DNA from: a virus
Taxonomy: Duplodnaviria; Caudoviricetes
Length of the DNA stretch: 64,000 bases
Virus record (IMG/VR): IMGVR_UViG_2639763197_000004
Location: 1 to 64,000 of that record
Reading direction: 5' to 3' (one strand)
Under the pieces are notes generated by a model. It was given only the letters and a program-made list of their open reading frames with translations, was not told the origin of the DNA and did no database searches. Shown piece by piece: positions 44,617 through 54,069 of this stretch. A program made the position numbers and the translations under genes. The first letter of the stretch is position 1; every line of letters starts with the position of its first letter.

Positions 44617-45605
44617 TACGCGGCCTCCTCTGAATGGGGCTGGTCTGCGTTGGAGCCGCTCATGTCGGTGAAGTCAGCATCAACGGTCGCCGCCATGCTC
44701 TTGAGTGCTTCGTGGCATTCAAGACCGATTGCCGCTCGCTGCTTCGGCTTGAGGCCCGCCCAAGCTGCTGCGTAGGCTTCGATGTCCTGGCGCTTCGCGA
44801 CGACCAGAAGATCCGCAAATACTCCGTCGATGTCAGGCGATGAAGATTTAGGCCCGAACGACACGCCTGCCGCGGCAGCGGTGTTCGCAGTCTGCTTGGC
44901 GGGGGTGATATCGATCTCGCCGCCGTACGAGTCCTCGAATTCGTCAGGGGTGTAAACACCAAGGATCACGTCAGGGCAGAAGAGTCGCGCCCATTTTTTG
45001 GTGACCAGGTATGCGATTTGCTGCTTCGGGTCTTCCGCCCAGAGCGTAGAGTTGCGTGTGCGAACCTGGGTCAGCAACAGCTCAAGAGTGCGGGGTTCGT
45101 CTTCGCCTTTGAAAGTTGCCCAGACCTTGATCCCGAGGCCTTTTTCGTCGTCAAAGCTCCAGGCCGGGACACGATACTTTTTGGGCTCGCCTGTATCCTC
45201 GTCCTTCTTGGTCTTACTGGTGACTTCGCGCATCTTCCCGATGACGTTTTCCCAGGAGCCGAACCACTCAAAGTTCAAGCGACCTTTGACCGGCGCCTTG
45301 GCGGTGATCACTGCGTTCACGAGCTGGGCCTCATAGCTCAATGCGCCACCGTTGACGATAAAGGTCTTCTGCGCCACCGCGAATGGGTTCATCTGCCATT
45401 GCATCGCTTGCAGCACTACCGCCATGCAGTCAGCCTGGTTGCCTTTGAGGTGCTTAGGGACTGTTGTAACGCCCTTTGACATCATCATCGCGAGATCGCT
45501 CATCGACTTCATGGTGCCCGGGTCGAGGATGAGTGCTGCAGCGTTGTGCGATGGGTCGTGATAAGTGGCGAGGCCTGTTTGGGCTTGGGTGTCTGTGTCG
45601 GTCAT
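44616..45605 (-). CDS. RecT-like single-strand annealing protein
   Basis: P.HL.G..ADC.AV..QA.QW.MNPFAVAQKT, W..DPKQQ, PDVILGVY; paired with the exonuclease. Confidence 0.85.
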   Translation of the reverse strand: MTDTDTQAQTGLATYHDPSHNAAALILDPGTMKSMSDLAMMMSKGVTTVPKHLKGNQADCMAVVLQAMQWQMNPFAVAQKTFIVNGGALSYEAQLVNAVITAKAPVKGRLNFEWFGSWENVIGKMREVTSKTKKDEDTGEPKKYRVPAWSFDDEKGLGIKVWATFKGEDEPRTLELLLTQVRTRNSTLWAEDPKQQIAYLVTKKWARLFCPDVILGVYTPDEFEDSYGGEIDITPAKQTANTAAAAGVSFGPKSSSPDIDGVFADLLVVAKRQDIEAYAAAWAGLKPKQRAAIGLECHEALKSMAATVDADFTDMSGSNADQPHSEEAA

Positions 45606-45658
45606 AGCGCTCTCCGTAGCCAGCATGGGTTGTGCTGGCCGTCAGATGGAAAGGGTGG

Positions 45659-46819
45659 TTAGAAGCTGAGGGCACGCAGCCAAGTGCGAGCGGTGTCGAT
45701 GTCAACGTCGAAGCCCAGGGCGACCACTTCGACAATTTCTTCAGCCGGGGGTGAAGTCGGGTCTACGTCGATGGAAGCCATGGAGGCGGCGACTACTGCA
45801 ACAGGCGCAGTTTCAACTTCCTTTTCGATTGGAGCGGCAGCGACAGCCGCTACTGGAGCAGGCGCGGCAGCCTGGGCGCGCAGACGGGCCAGCTCTTCCT
45901 GGTCGCGCTGATACTGTGCCTCGCGCTCGCGCTGCTGGCGTTGTTGCTCTTCCTGCTGCTCACGCTGCTGACGTTGCTGAGCCTCCATGTCACGGCGTTG
46001 CTGGTCCAACTCATCCTGTTGCTGCTTCAAGCGCTTGCGGTCTTCTTCTGCGCGCTGTTTGCGAAGTTCTTCAGCCTCTGCGTCTGCGATTCGTTGCTTC
46101 TCGCGGAGCTCATCAAGCTCCCTTTGCTGTGCCAGTAGCTTTTCGGCGGCCGCTTCGCGCTCCAGGGCAGACTTGTGCAGTGCTTCCAACTGATCAATCG
46201 CATTGTCGCGAGCGATGGTGGCTTCAGCTTCAAACTCGCCATACTCTTCGGGCAGGATCACCGCTTCCTTGACGCCCTGCAGGATGTTATAGACGTCGGC
46301 TGCGCTTCGGCTTGCATAGGCGGCAGCGACAGAGCTGAAGCGGTTGATTCTTGTCCGGATGGCTTCGATGCGCTCATGTTCCAGGCGCTCTTTCTCGGCC
46401 TTCGCGTCAGCGACACGTTTTTCTTCGGCTTTGATGGCGTCATCAACAGGCTCTTCGAGCACCAAAACACGGGCCTTCAACGCTTCGCCAAAATCTTTGA
46501 CCTGATTAACTCGTGCCTGCGCTTCTTTCACCTTCTGCTGGTATGGCACCAATGCTGTCTTGGTGGTGTTCGCCAGGGCATAGCGCACGTCGCGGATGTC
46601 GACGCGAACCTCTTTGGCATTTGCCAAACCTTCGCTCGTCGAGCAATCAACGACCAGCTTCGCGTAGGTGGTCTCTAGGCGAACGATCTGTTCTTCATGC
46701 GGTTGATATTCGACGATGTCGGTTATCGAAACGGCAGGCGTTACAGATTTGTTCACTTCTGGGGCCTCAGATGTTTCGAGCGATTCTTGTGCAAGTGCTT
46801 GATTGGTATTTTTGGACAT
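45659..46819 (-). CDS. Long coiled-coil protein
   Basis: Q/E/R-rich heptad region; start at ATG 46819. Confidence 0.7.
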   Translation of the reverse strand: MSKNTNQALAQESLETSEAPEVNKSVTPAVSITDIVEYQPHEEQIVRLETTYAKLVVDCSTSEGLANAKEVRVDIRDVRYALANTTKTALVPYQQKVKEAQARVNQVKDFGEALKARVLVLEEPVDDAIKAEEKRVADAKAEKERLEHERIEAIRTRINRFSSVAAAYASRSAADVYNILQGVKEAVILPEEYGEFEAEATIARDNAIDQLEALHKSALEREAAAEKLLAQQRELDELREKQRIADAEAEELRKQRAEEDRKRLKQQQDELDQQRRDMEAQQRQQREQQEEQQRQQREREAQYQRDQEELARLRAQAAAPAPVAAVAAAPIEKEVETAPVAVVAASMASIDVDPTSPPAEEIVEVVALGFDVDIDTARTWLRALSF

Positions 46820-46876
46820 GACGATTCCTCGCCGCGCCAGGCGCAGCATTGAAAGTAGTAAGGTTGGGTGATGCCG

Positions 46877-47104
46877 TCAGGCGGCAGTAACGGGCGATGC
46901 GTTGTAGTTGGAGTAGATCTCGTCGATGCGCGCGCGGAAGCGCCGATGCTCGTTGTCGTCTATAACTCTCAGCATGAAAGCTAGGGTGACGCACGATGTA
47001 GCGGCCGCGCTGGCATTGGTCTTTCCCAGGTCGCGAATCATGTTTTTGATCTCGCCCTCGATCCAGCTCACGGCGTTCTGGTGGTCGCGCTGAGCGATGT
47101 TCAT
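46877..47104 (-). CDS. Hypothetical protein
   Basis: 75 aa, coupled to the upstream ORF. Confidence 0.55.
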   Translation of the reverse strand: MNIAQRDHQNAVSWIEGEIKNMIRDLGKTNASAAATSCVTLAFMLRVIDDNEHRRFRARIDEIYSNYNASPVTAA

Positions 47105-48362
47105 TCAGCGCCCCTTACTGGCGGGCAGATCAGTTCCATCTGCCCCATGGCTACGCTGATACGCAGCTTTAAGCTGGCGCGCTCTCTAAGGCGGCGCGCT
47201 TCAATCTTCGCCAGGTCTTCTGCCGTGTATTCGTGGAACAGATCGAAATGCTGAGTTTTACCGAAGTTCGGTAAATCCCAGCGCCTGTCGGATTCCCGGG
47301 CCTGGGCGCTATCCGCGTAGCTGGTTGGCATGGCGAGACTCCAGGGACCGGGAAAGGGCACAGGCTTCATTGTGGTCTTGGCGGAACCCCTTCACCTTTC
47401 CGGTGGAGGCTTCGACGACGTGGAAGAACTCGTGGCCCGCTGGAACTACACGGTAGCGGGGGGAGCTCTTTGGCGTGCTGGAGCCGACCATGCCGAGACA
47501 AAAGGCTATGGAGATATTGCGGCGTTGGTTCATTGCAAGTGCTACATCGCAGTGAGCTTGGTGACTTTGGATCATGGTCGCCTCCAGATTGGCGGGTTGT
47601 TCACCTATATTCGTCAACACTCATGCCTTCCGCTGGTTGCCGATGGGCGCGGGGGAGGAGTGCTGACGGGTAGAGGCGCGTAAAAAAGCCCAGTCGAAAC
47701 CGGGCTTTTCCCTCTTTACGTACAAGCCTGCCGGGCGCATGTGGCGTCGGGCAGCTATTGGCTAGTCCATGGTGAAACCCTCCTATCGTTCGCTCACTGG
47801 GAAGGCAGTGGCCACCTATTGAATTAATCCGCATGTGCGGGCTGCTGCTACCTTTCGGCTCCCTCCCGGCGGGATGTGCAGTGGGCCCCGGGGCTTCCAA
47901 ATACCTCCAGGGGGACTAGAGGCATTTGTGAAACCAGATGGCAGGCCTGAAACAGCAGGGCGCCATCTGTGATGCAGGTGGTCGGTTATAGGCCGCAGTT
48001 TCGTCCGCATCCGTCTGCCCACTCGGCGGAATGGACAGAGGTGATGCTTCATGCTGGAAACAGTTCTTTCTGAGCCACCCGTCTAGCCTTGTACTCATCA
48101 ATCACACCGTTAACCGTCTCCAGATATCGAGTCAGAATTTCCGTGGCAATCTCTCCAACCCCCTCAGTAGCCAGCGCCTCTTCAAACCTTGTCTTGAGTT
48201 TGACTACAGCCGGAAGCGCTACACGCTCTTGGTAGTCAACCGTTCGCATGTCGTTCGACGAAATTTGCAGACATTCGATGTTTTGCGTTTCGATGTGCAT
48301 TTGAGTTTGTCTCCGGTTGTTTTCCCAATGCCCACCGCTCTGGATGGGCATCAGTGAAAAGG

Positions 48363-48905
48363 TCAGTACGGCTTTTCAGCCTTGCCTTGGTCTTGCAAGC
48401 TTTTGATGTGAAACAGGCCGTCCAGCATGGTGTCCATCTGTTTGGCCAGTTGGATGCGAAGGCCGTCTTTCAGGGCGCCCGATACGTTGCGCACGCTCTG
48501 GGTCATTTCCTTTGTGAAGTCTTCGGCGCAGACCTGAGTCATGATGTATTCGGCTCGGGTGACCGTGTTGTAGTCGCTCGTTGCCGCTTTGCCGGTGCGC
48601 GGTTCAACCTTGGCTGACCAGTAAGCGTTCACGGTCTTTTCCAACTCTTTGCGGATGGTGGTGGCCGGGCCTTCTGGCTCGCCCCAGGTGTTAACTCGGC
48701 GATATTCGCGTTCGAACGAACCGTTGATGGTTTCGTTGATTGCGGCTTCAATTTGCGCTGTTACGCGCTCGTTGAAGATCTTGTCGATGCGTTTTTTCAG
48801 TTCCGCAGCGACCATGCCGGAAAGGTCATCGCCGGCGCGCAGAAGCTCATCAGATACCTTGGCTACGATTGCGGTTTTCAGATCGTCTTCGTTGATGTTG
48901 AGCAT
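48363..48905 (-). CDS. Hypothetical phage protein
   Basis: GGAG SD; preceded by a hairpin. Confidence 0.65.
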   Translation of the reverse strand: MLNINEDDLKTAIVAKVSDELLRAGDDLSGMVAAELKKRIDKIFNERVTAQIEAAINETINGSFEREYRRVNTWGEPEGPATTIRKELEKTVNAYWSAKVEPRTGKAATSDYNTVTRAEYIMTQVCAEDFTKEMTQSVRNVSGALKDGLRIQLAKQMDTMLDGLFHIKSLQDQGKAEKPY

Positions 48906-48965
48906 TTTGTGACTCCCGTTGATTTCCAATGCCGCCTCATAGAAGCGGCATCAGGAATATTCGGA

Positions 48966-49199
48966 TCAGCCATGCGCATAAGGCACGCCGTTTGCGATAA
49001 GCCACTTCTCCATCCATGCATTGGTGGAGTGTTCAATGCTCCGGCAGTCGAAGCTGAGGCAGTCCTCGGCATCACTGTTGAAGTGACCGCCGTCTGGCAT
49101 CACCACTCGCAGCCATGTTTCGTCATGGCCTTTATGCATGCTGAGCGTGCAACCTGCTTTCAGCAGCGGCACCAAGCTCACCGTTACCTGTCTGCCCAT
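48966..49199 (-). CDS. Hypothetical protein, first clear gene of the PL operon
   Basis: AAGGAG SD; ATG 49199. Confidence 0.6.
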   Translation of the reverse strand: MGRQVTVSLVPLLKAGCTLSMHKGHDETWLRVVMPDGGHFNSDAEDCLSFDCRSIEHSTNAWMEKWLIANGVPYAHG

Positions 49200-49467
49200 C
49201 TTTGTATCTCCTTGCTTGTTTGATTTTCCGGATGACCCTGTCGCCAAGGTCATCGAGGAAATCTGCTCTCTCCACCACGCTCATCGCCCGATTCATATCT
49301 CTAGTCGGCGTCACACATTTCGTGGACGGTGTTCTTCGCCGACCGGCTTGCGTGGTTTCGCGTACTCACATCTGGTGAGCACGGCCAGTTCCAGAGCTGG
49401 CGTGGAGATCGAATTTATTGTTCGCGCTGTGCCCGTTGCCGGGGATCGATCTGCGAAGTTCCTGAGC

Positions 49468-49479
49468 TGTTAAAGAGCG
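49468..49479 (-). promoter_or_regulatory. boxA antitermination element
   Basis: CGCTCTTTAACA about 50 nt after PL. Confidence 0.75.
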
Positions 49480-49530
49480 GTCAGGCCCTGAGGCCCTGGC
49501 GAGTCCCTGTTGGGTGACTCGATGGGGTGA

Positions 49531-49590
49531 ACATTAGGCATTCCTTCTTTTGTAGTCAATAGGTATGCCTAATTATTTTTCGTTAGGCAT
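49531..49590 (-). promoter_or_regulatory. PL promoter and operators
   Basis: TTGACT-17 bp-TAATGT overlapped by AGG-N4-CCT palindromes shared with OR (AGGTATGCCTAA). Confidence 0.8.
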
Positions 49591-49633
49591 GAAAAAACCC
49601 GCTCAGTGGCGGGCTTCTACATTTCCTGTTCGG

Positions 49634-49870
49634 TTACGGCGCGTAGCCAAACTGTTTTCTGAAATCATCCTCAAGCTTGCGGCAGGCGCCGCTGATTATT
49701 CCTTTAGCTCCAGCGGAGCCTGTGTAGCTGCTTTCCTCTCGATGGCATAGATCAATTGCATCGCGTGCACGCGCTTTTGCTTTTCCCTCAGGTGTGTTTC
49801 CGACAATGGCGCCAAACCCTAGGAACAGCACAACCGCCACTACCAGACCTATCACTATCTTCCCGATCAT
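49634..49870 (-). CDS. Small membrane-anchored protein with a Cys pair
   Basis: N-terminal TM; GGAGG SD. Confidence 0.65.
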   Translation of the reverse strand: MIGKIVIGLVVAVVLFLGFGAIVGNTPEGKAKARARDAIDLCHREESSYTGSAGAKGIISGACRKLEDDFRKQFGYAP

Positions 49871-50025
49871 TGGTATCCCTCCCGTAATTGAGCCAGCACT
49901 TTACCATTCGTGGCGTACAGCCACCATTGGCATCCAGGGCGAGGGTGCGCAAGAACCAAGTGGGGCTGGTCGTTAACATGCCAGGCACCTACTGCGGAGT
50001 TAATTGCGTTGGATACGCGGGCAGA

Positions 50026-50259
50026 TCAGTGGAGTACAGGGGAAAAGAGCGCCCTGGCAGCCTCGTCCAGTAGCCTATCGATCTCAACCAGTTCGGCCTC
50101 TTTGATATCAATCGCACTTTTATAGGCGCATGCCATGAACTGCAGCACCTCAAGGTCTGAAATCTTCGCAAGATCTTCTTTAAGGTCGGGGCGCTGGCTG
50201 AGTAGAAGCGCTCGAATCTCTTGTGCTGTTTTCGATTTTTCCATGCGTGATTCCTCCAT
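50026..50259 (-). CDS. Hypothetical helical protein
   Basis: GGAGG SD before ATG 50244. Confidence 0.55.
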   Translation of the reverse strand: MEESRMEKSKTAQEIRALLLSQRPDLKEDLAKISDLEVLQFMACAYKSAIDIKEAELVEIDRLLDEAARALFSPVLH

Positions 50260-50383
50260 AGCTCAGCCCAAGTCTAGCCCAAGAGAATGCGTAATAACGC
50301 CCGCTGATCGCCAGATTGCCGAAGGGGTGGGTCTAGATACAAGAAGCCCGGCGCTGGGCCGGGCTATTGAATACAGCTACATT

Positions 50384-51142
50384 TCAAGCAGCGCGGAGCG
50401 CCGAAGTTAACTGCGCTGGCGAGGTGTAGATCAGAACGGATGCGCATTCAGCTAGAGCGGCAGAGGCCTTGGCAATTTCATTCGCAGCCGCTTCCTCAAA
50501 AATCACCGTCCGACGAATGCCAGGTATCGCATTCTTGATGTCGATCATTTTTCCAAGCGCCTGGTACACAGAGGGCCAGTAAGGAGTGCCGCCTACCGCG
50601 CTGATAGTTTGCACCACTTGAATCTCAGCCTTGTCGACGTCAATGGCAAACGGAAATTTCAGCTGGTGCCCGCTGGCTCCTGTAATTGAGTAATTACGCT
50701 TCACCTTGCCAGGGAAGGTCTTTCTCAAGGCGGCGGAGATAAGGCTCTCGAATCTGGACTCTCCACTCGCTTCCCATTGCCCGCAATGGTGGCTTATAGC
50801 GGTGGCAGCATCGATTATCTGCGTTAGATAAAACGGTGCCTCGGCTTGATCGCAGGCAACGAAAATCTCACCATCATCAGAAAGCTGGACATGATTTTCC
50901 ATAGCTATCGCTGCCAGCTTTCTGCCGCGCGCGGCCGTTGGCTGGATGCCGACAGTCATCGCGTGGAAAAGGGTGTCTGCGTTATCCGAGATTCGGACCC
51001 TGCCGCGACCTATGTCTTGGACGTAGGCACCGATCAAGTTGCCGTCGTACGGGACGGAGACATGGCTTTCCATGTAAATAACGCTTTCGCTTACCGGGAT
51101 ACAGGTTAGAGCGAGTGCGCTTCCAAGGTCTGCGCAGTTCAT
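50384..51142 (-). CDS. DUF1828/DUF1829-like protein
   Basis: PYDG..I..YV...ISD..DTL N-terminal part; I.GASGH..KF.F C-terminal part. Confidence 0.7.
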   Translation of the reverse strand: MNCADLGSALALTCIPVSESVIYMESHVSVPYDGNLIGAYVQDIGRGRVRISDNADTLFHAMTVGIQPTAARGRKLAAIAMENHVQLSDDGEIFVACDQAEAPFYLTQIIDAATAISHHCGQWEASGESRFESLISAALRKTFPGKVKRNYSITGASGHQLKFPFAIDVDKAEIQVVQTISAVGGTPYWPSVYQALGKMIDIKNAIPGIRRTVIFEEAAANEIAKASAALAECASVLIYTSPAQLTSALRAA

Positions 51143-51675
51143 ATCAGCCTCAATTGGCCGTCATGGCCTATCTCATCAGGTAAATTCAGTTTTGGTGCGC
51201 CTGTGATATTGGCACGCATCAGAAACAGCTGCCATAGCTGTTCAGCGGATTCTCTGGGAATGGGCTCAGCGTACCCATAGGACGCCTCAAGCACTGGGAT
51301 GTGCATGTGTGGATGGCCTATGGTTTGCTGGTAGTAGGCGAGACCTTTTCCGACCTTGTTTCGATGGCGAGTGAAGCCACCTTCGTCGACGGCGAATGAG
51401 CGGCTGCTTTTCACAAAGAACCCGAAGTAAAGGTGCTCGGGTACGCCATCAACCTTGCCAGCCTTATACTCAAGCTGGACGAAAAGACCCTCCAGGGTTC
51501 GCTCGCCTACCATGAGCGTTGCACGATACTTGTGCGTCGATGGCCACTTATGAACGCTGGTCATGACCCAATCAATTCGGTCCCCGCCAAACCATCGTTT
51601 CTGAGTATTGATGCCCTTCATAGCCTCTTCATAAGGTATGAGATTCTTAGAAACCATCCTGGTACTACTCCTCAC
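51139..51675 (-). CDS. Hypothetical His-motif protein coupled to the DUF1828-like gene
   Basis: RHRN...HPHMH...GYAEP; ATGA overlap with the next gene. Confidence 0.7.
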   Translation of the reverse strand: MRSSTRMVSKNLIPYEEAMKGINTQKRWFGGDRIDWVMTSVHKWPSTHKYRATLMVGERTLEGLFVQLEYKAGKVDGVPEHLYFGFFVKSSRSFAVDEGGFTRHRNKVGKGLAYYQQTIGHPHMHIPVLEASYGYAEPIPRESAEQLWQLFLMRANITGAPKLNLPDEIGHDGQLRLI

Positions 51676-51711
51676 CCTTATTAATGCAGCTTACAATTCC
51701 CGCCGCGCTAC

Positions 51712-51951
51712 CTACTCAGCCCGTTCCCGCACGATCCGGCCATCCCGCACCTCATCCGCATACCCGGCGAGCTTGTCCTCGGCGGACTGCATCACCCGGC
51801 AGATCTTCAGCACGGCCTGGGCGTCTGCCTCATTTCCGGCCAGGCTCAATCGCTCAGCGATTCGCATCAGTTCGACAGCGGACCACTTGAGGTCCGAGGC
51901 GATGCCCTGGAGGTCGCGCTTTAGGTCTTGATTAGGTTTGGTTAGGGTCAT
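51712..51951 (-). CDS. Small helical protein (MTLTKPNQDL...)
   Basis: Paralog of 52276-52476. Confidence 0.6.
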   Translation of the reverse strand: MTLTKPNQDLKRDLQGIASDLKWSAVELMRIAERLSLAGNEADAQAVLKICRVMQSAEDKLAGYADEVRDGRIVRERAE

Positions 51952-52222
51952 GCTTTAACCTCAGATCTTCTGCGAGCCTCTGACTGAACCGCTCCACAGG
52001 AATGCCGGTAAGCTTAAGAACCGCTTGAGCAACCTCAATGTCTAGAGCCTTAGTACCTAGAAAATAATTATTAATGGTCGAAGTGGATACCCCTATCTCG
52101 CTCGCTATGGCGCTCCGAGCTAGACGATCCGCCTTTTGCCTGCTTGCGTTATAAGCGGCAATCGCTCTGCGAAGGGCTAGGCACTCGTCTTCTTCCCATA
52201 TCCACAAGCCATGATTACGCAT
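51932..52222 (-). CDS. XRE-type HTH protein
   Basis: IASEIGVSTSTINNYF.G..AL; resembles a CI N-terminal domain without the peptidase. Confidence 0.65.
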   Translation of the reverse strand: MRNHGLWIWEEDECLALRRAIAAYNASRQKADRLARSAIASEIGVSTSTINNYFLGTKALDIEVAQAVLKLTGIPVERFSQRLAEDLRLKHDPNQT

Positions 52223-52275
52223 AAATTCTCGCTCAAGTGCGCAATGCCATTCTGGCTAGGTAGGTCGCACAACCT

Positions 52276-52476
52276 TCACGCCTTCACCGCATCCGCAAGC
52301 GCCGCCGCCCGATCCGCATGCTTGTAGAGTTTCGCAATCAGCATAAGGGCAGCTGTCGCATCGACATCTCGGCAGTCATTAGTGATTCTCAGCACTTCGT
52401 CTGCGGCCTGCTCGATATCAAGCGCTAGGGTCTTGAGTTCGCGGCTTAGCTCTTGGTCGGGCTTGGTGAGGGGCAT
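52276..52476 (-). CDS. Small helical protein (MPLTKPDQEL...)
   Basis: Paralog of 51712-51951. Confidence 0.55.
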   Translation of the reverse strand: MPLTKPDQELSRELKTLALDIEQAADEVLRITNDCRDVDATAALMLIAKLYKHADRAAALADAVKA

Positions 52477-52505
52477 GGGGCCTCCGGCAGAACTCTGTGC
52501 AATTT

Positions 52506-52949
52506 TTATCCGGCTTTAGCTTTGCAAAGTCGCATCGCCACGTTTTGAGCGCCGCCAAGCCTTTCAACAATTGACTCCCAGGACTTGCTGCTGGCAACGG
52601 AGAGAGCCGCCGCGTGCTTTCCTGTGCTACGGGATTCAACTGCCTCACGGATAGTCAGTAGAAAGCGCAAGAAGTCGCCGCCACTTACTGGGATCTGACC
52701 AATTTCGGAGGCCATCGTCGCCTCGTATTCGAAAAGGCCGGATAGCCTTGTGCACGGCACCCAAATGCCCTGCCAGGACCTTTCGATAATCTTCGGCGGG
52801 GGCTGCGTGCGATCCCAGTGAGTATCGTTATGGTGCTGCAATATCCTAAGTGGCGTCCTTAGCTGCATAGTTGCGCAGAATTTGAAGTGCTGGATCAGTT
52901 CTGCATCATCCCACTGCGGCACTTCGCTCTTGTGCGTCATCCGTGGCAT
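52506..52949 (-). CDS. Hypothetical protein directly downstream of cI
   Basis: 147 aa, starts 12 bp after the cI stop. Confidence 0.6.
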   Translation of the reverse strand: MPRMTHKSEVPQWDDAELIQHFKFCATMQLRTPLRILQHHNDTHWDRTQPPPKIIERSWQGIWVPCTRLSGLFEYEATMASEIGQIPVSGGDFLRFLLTIREAVESRSTGKHAAALSVASSKSWESIVERLGGAQNVAMRLCKAKAG

Positions 52950-52961
52950 TTTGGTAATCGC

Positions 52962-53693
52962 CTAAAGCTTCCGGGCATTCCAGACAAGCAGAACACGGGC
53001 CTGGATATGCACTTTGGCGAGCATATCCCCCTCGATCATGATTGCTGGGTACACGGGGTTATCTGAAATCATGCGCAGGGAGCCGCCTGTCAGGCGCTGA
53101 AGCCGCTTAATGAAAAGCTCGCCCTCCAGCGTGAAGACATAGATCGCATCGGTTCGGATCTCGGTTATGCCGCGATCTACCAGCAGGGCGTCGCCATTAC
53201 GGAAAGTGCCCTCCATGCTGTCACCATCGCCATCGATGATGGCCAGGTTCTCTAGCTTGGAATACGACAAGCCCTGAGTCTTCAGCCAGTCGAGATGAAC
53301 GGTAATATCCCTGATCACTTCGATGTGATCGGGCGGCACTCTTCCCGGCCCCATTGAGCCGGCCACGTCCAGCTGAGGGATCGTGATGAAGCTGGAATCT
53401 TGCGATTTTCGGCGAGACTCAATCAGCACGACATTGCTCTCCTTGCTTGCAGGCTGCGCTCCACCATCCACCCCCTTACGCATCGGCCCCTTTCCAGTAG
53501 CCAGCCACATCGGCATCACCTTCAGATAGTCGGCAGCGATCAAAAGATTCTGCCCCTCAATCGTCTTTGTTTTCCCTGAGATCCAGTCGTTTACAGACGG
53601 CGCGCGAATGCCACAAGCGCGAGCCAGGGCGGCCTGCGTAACTTTTGGCGGGCCGGCCATCACCAGTTTTAACCGTTCTTGAAGTGTCCTCAT
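52962..53693 (-). CDS. CI-like repressor, HTH plus S24 peptidase
   Basis: TQAALARACGI...SVNDW HTH, GDSM, KRL; divergent from cro. Confidence 0.92.
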   Translation of the reverse strand: MRTLQERLKLVMAGPPKVTQAALARACGIRAPSVNDWISGKTKTIEGQNLLIAADYLKVMPMWLATGKGPMRKGVDGGAQPASKESNVVLIESRRKSQDSSFITIPQLDVAGSMGPGRVPPDHIEVIRDITVHLDWLKTQGLSYSKLENLAIIDGDGDSMEGTFRNGDALLVDRGITEIRTDAIYVFTLEGELFIKRLQRLTGGSLRMISDNPVYPAIMIEGDMLAKVHIQARVLLVWNARKL

Positions 53694-53765
53694 TAGGGGA
53701 GCCTAACACCAGGCATCTAAGGTATTCCTATTGACCTAAATAAAAGGTATGCCTAATATCCGTAC
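53694..53765. promoter_or_regulatory. OR region with PR and probable leaderless PRM
   Basis: PR TTGACC(53731)-17 bp-TAATAT; operators AGGGGAGCCT, AGGTATTCCT, AGGTATGCCT; TGtTAGGCT 6 nt before the cI ATG. Confidence 0.8.
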
Positions 53766-53792
53766 CTATGCGAATAGCCGGAGAAATCAGGC

Positions 53793-53987
53793 ATGAACCC
53801 AAATGAAATTATTGACGCTCTCGGTGGCACTTTCCGTGTCGCCGAGTTGTGTGAAGTGCGACCTCCATCAGTAAGCGATTGGAGGAAATACGGCATCCCA
53901 AGGGCTCGGATGATGTTTCTGCGCATCGCCAGGCCAGACGTGTTCAAGGAACTGGACGCCCAAGGCGCCAAGAAAACCGCCGCCTGA
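53793..53987 (+). CDS. Cro-like protein
   Basis: IIDALGG..VAELCEV..PSVSDW..GIP. Confidence 0.88.
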   Translation: MNPNEIIDALGGTFRVAELCEVRPPSVSDWRKYGIPRARMMFLRIARPDVFKELDAQGAKKTAA

Positions 53988-54069
53988 CATCCCCGTCCGC
54001 CGTTCCATTGAGCAAATGATCGCCTCTGCACCTGCAGGGCGCCACGTAAAGAATTTCGAGGTTTTAGGC

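Noticed and set aside
48340-48960. CTGATG motifs in PL-operon hairpins as more hammerheads
   Set aside because: They read CTGATGC, not CUGANGA, and lack the three-stem GAAA/UH arrangement
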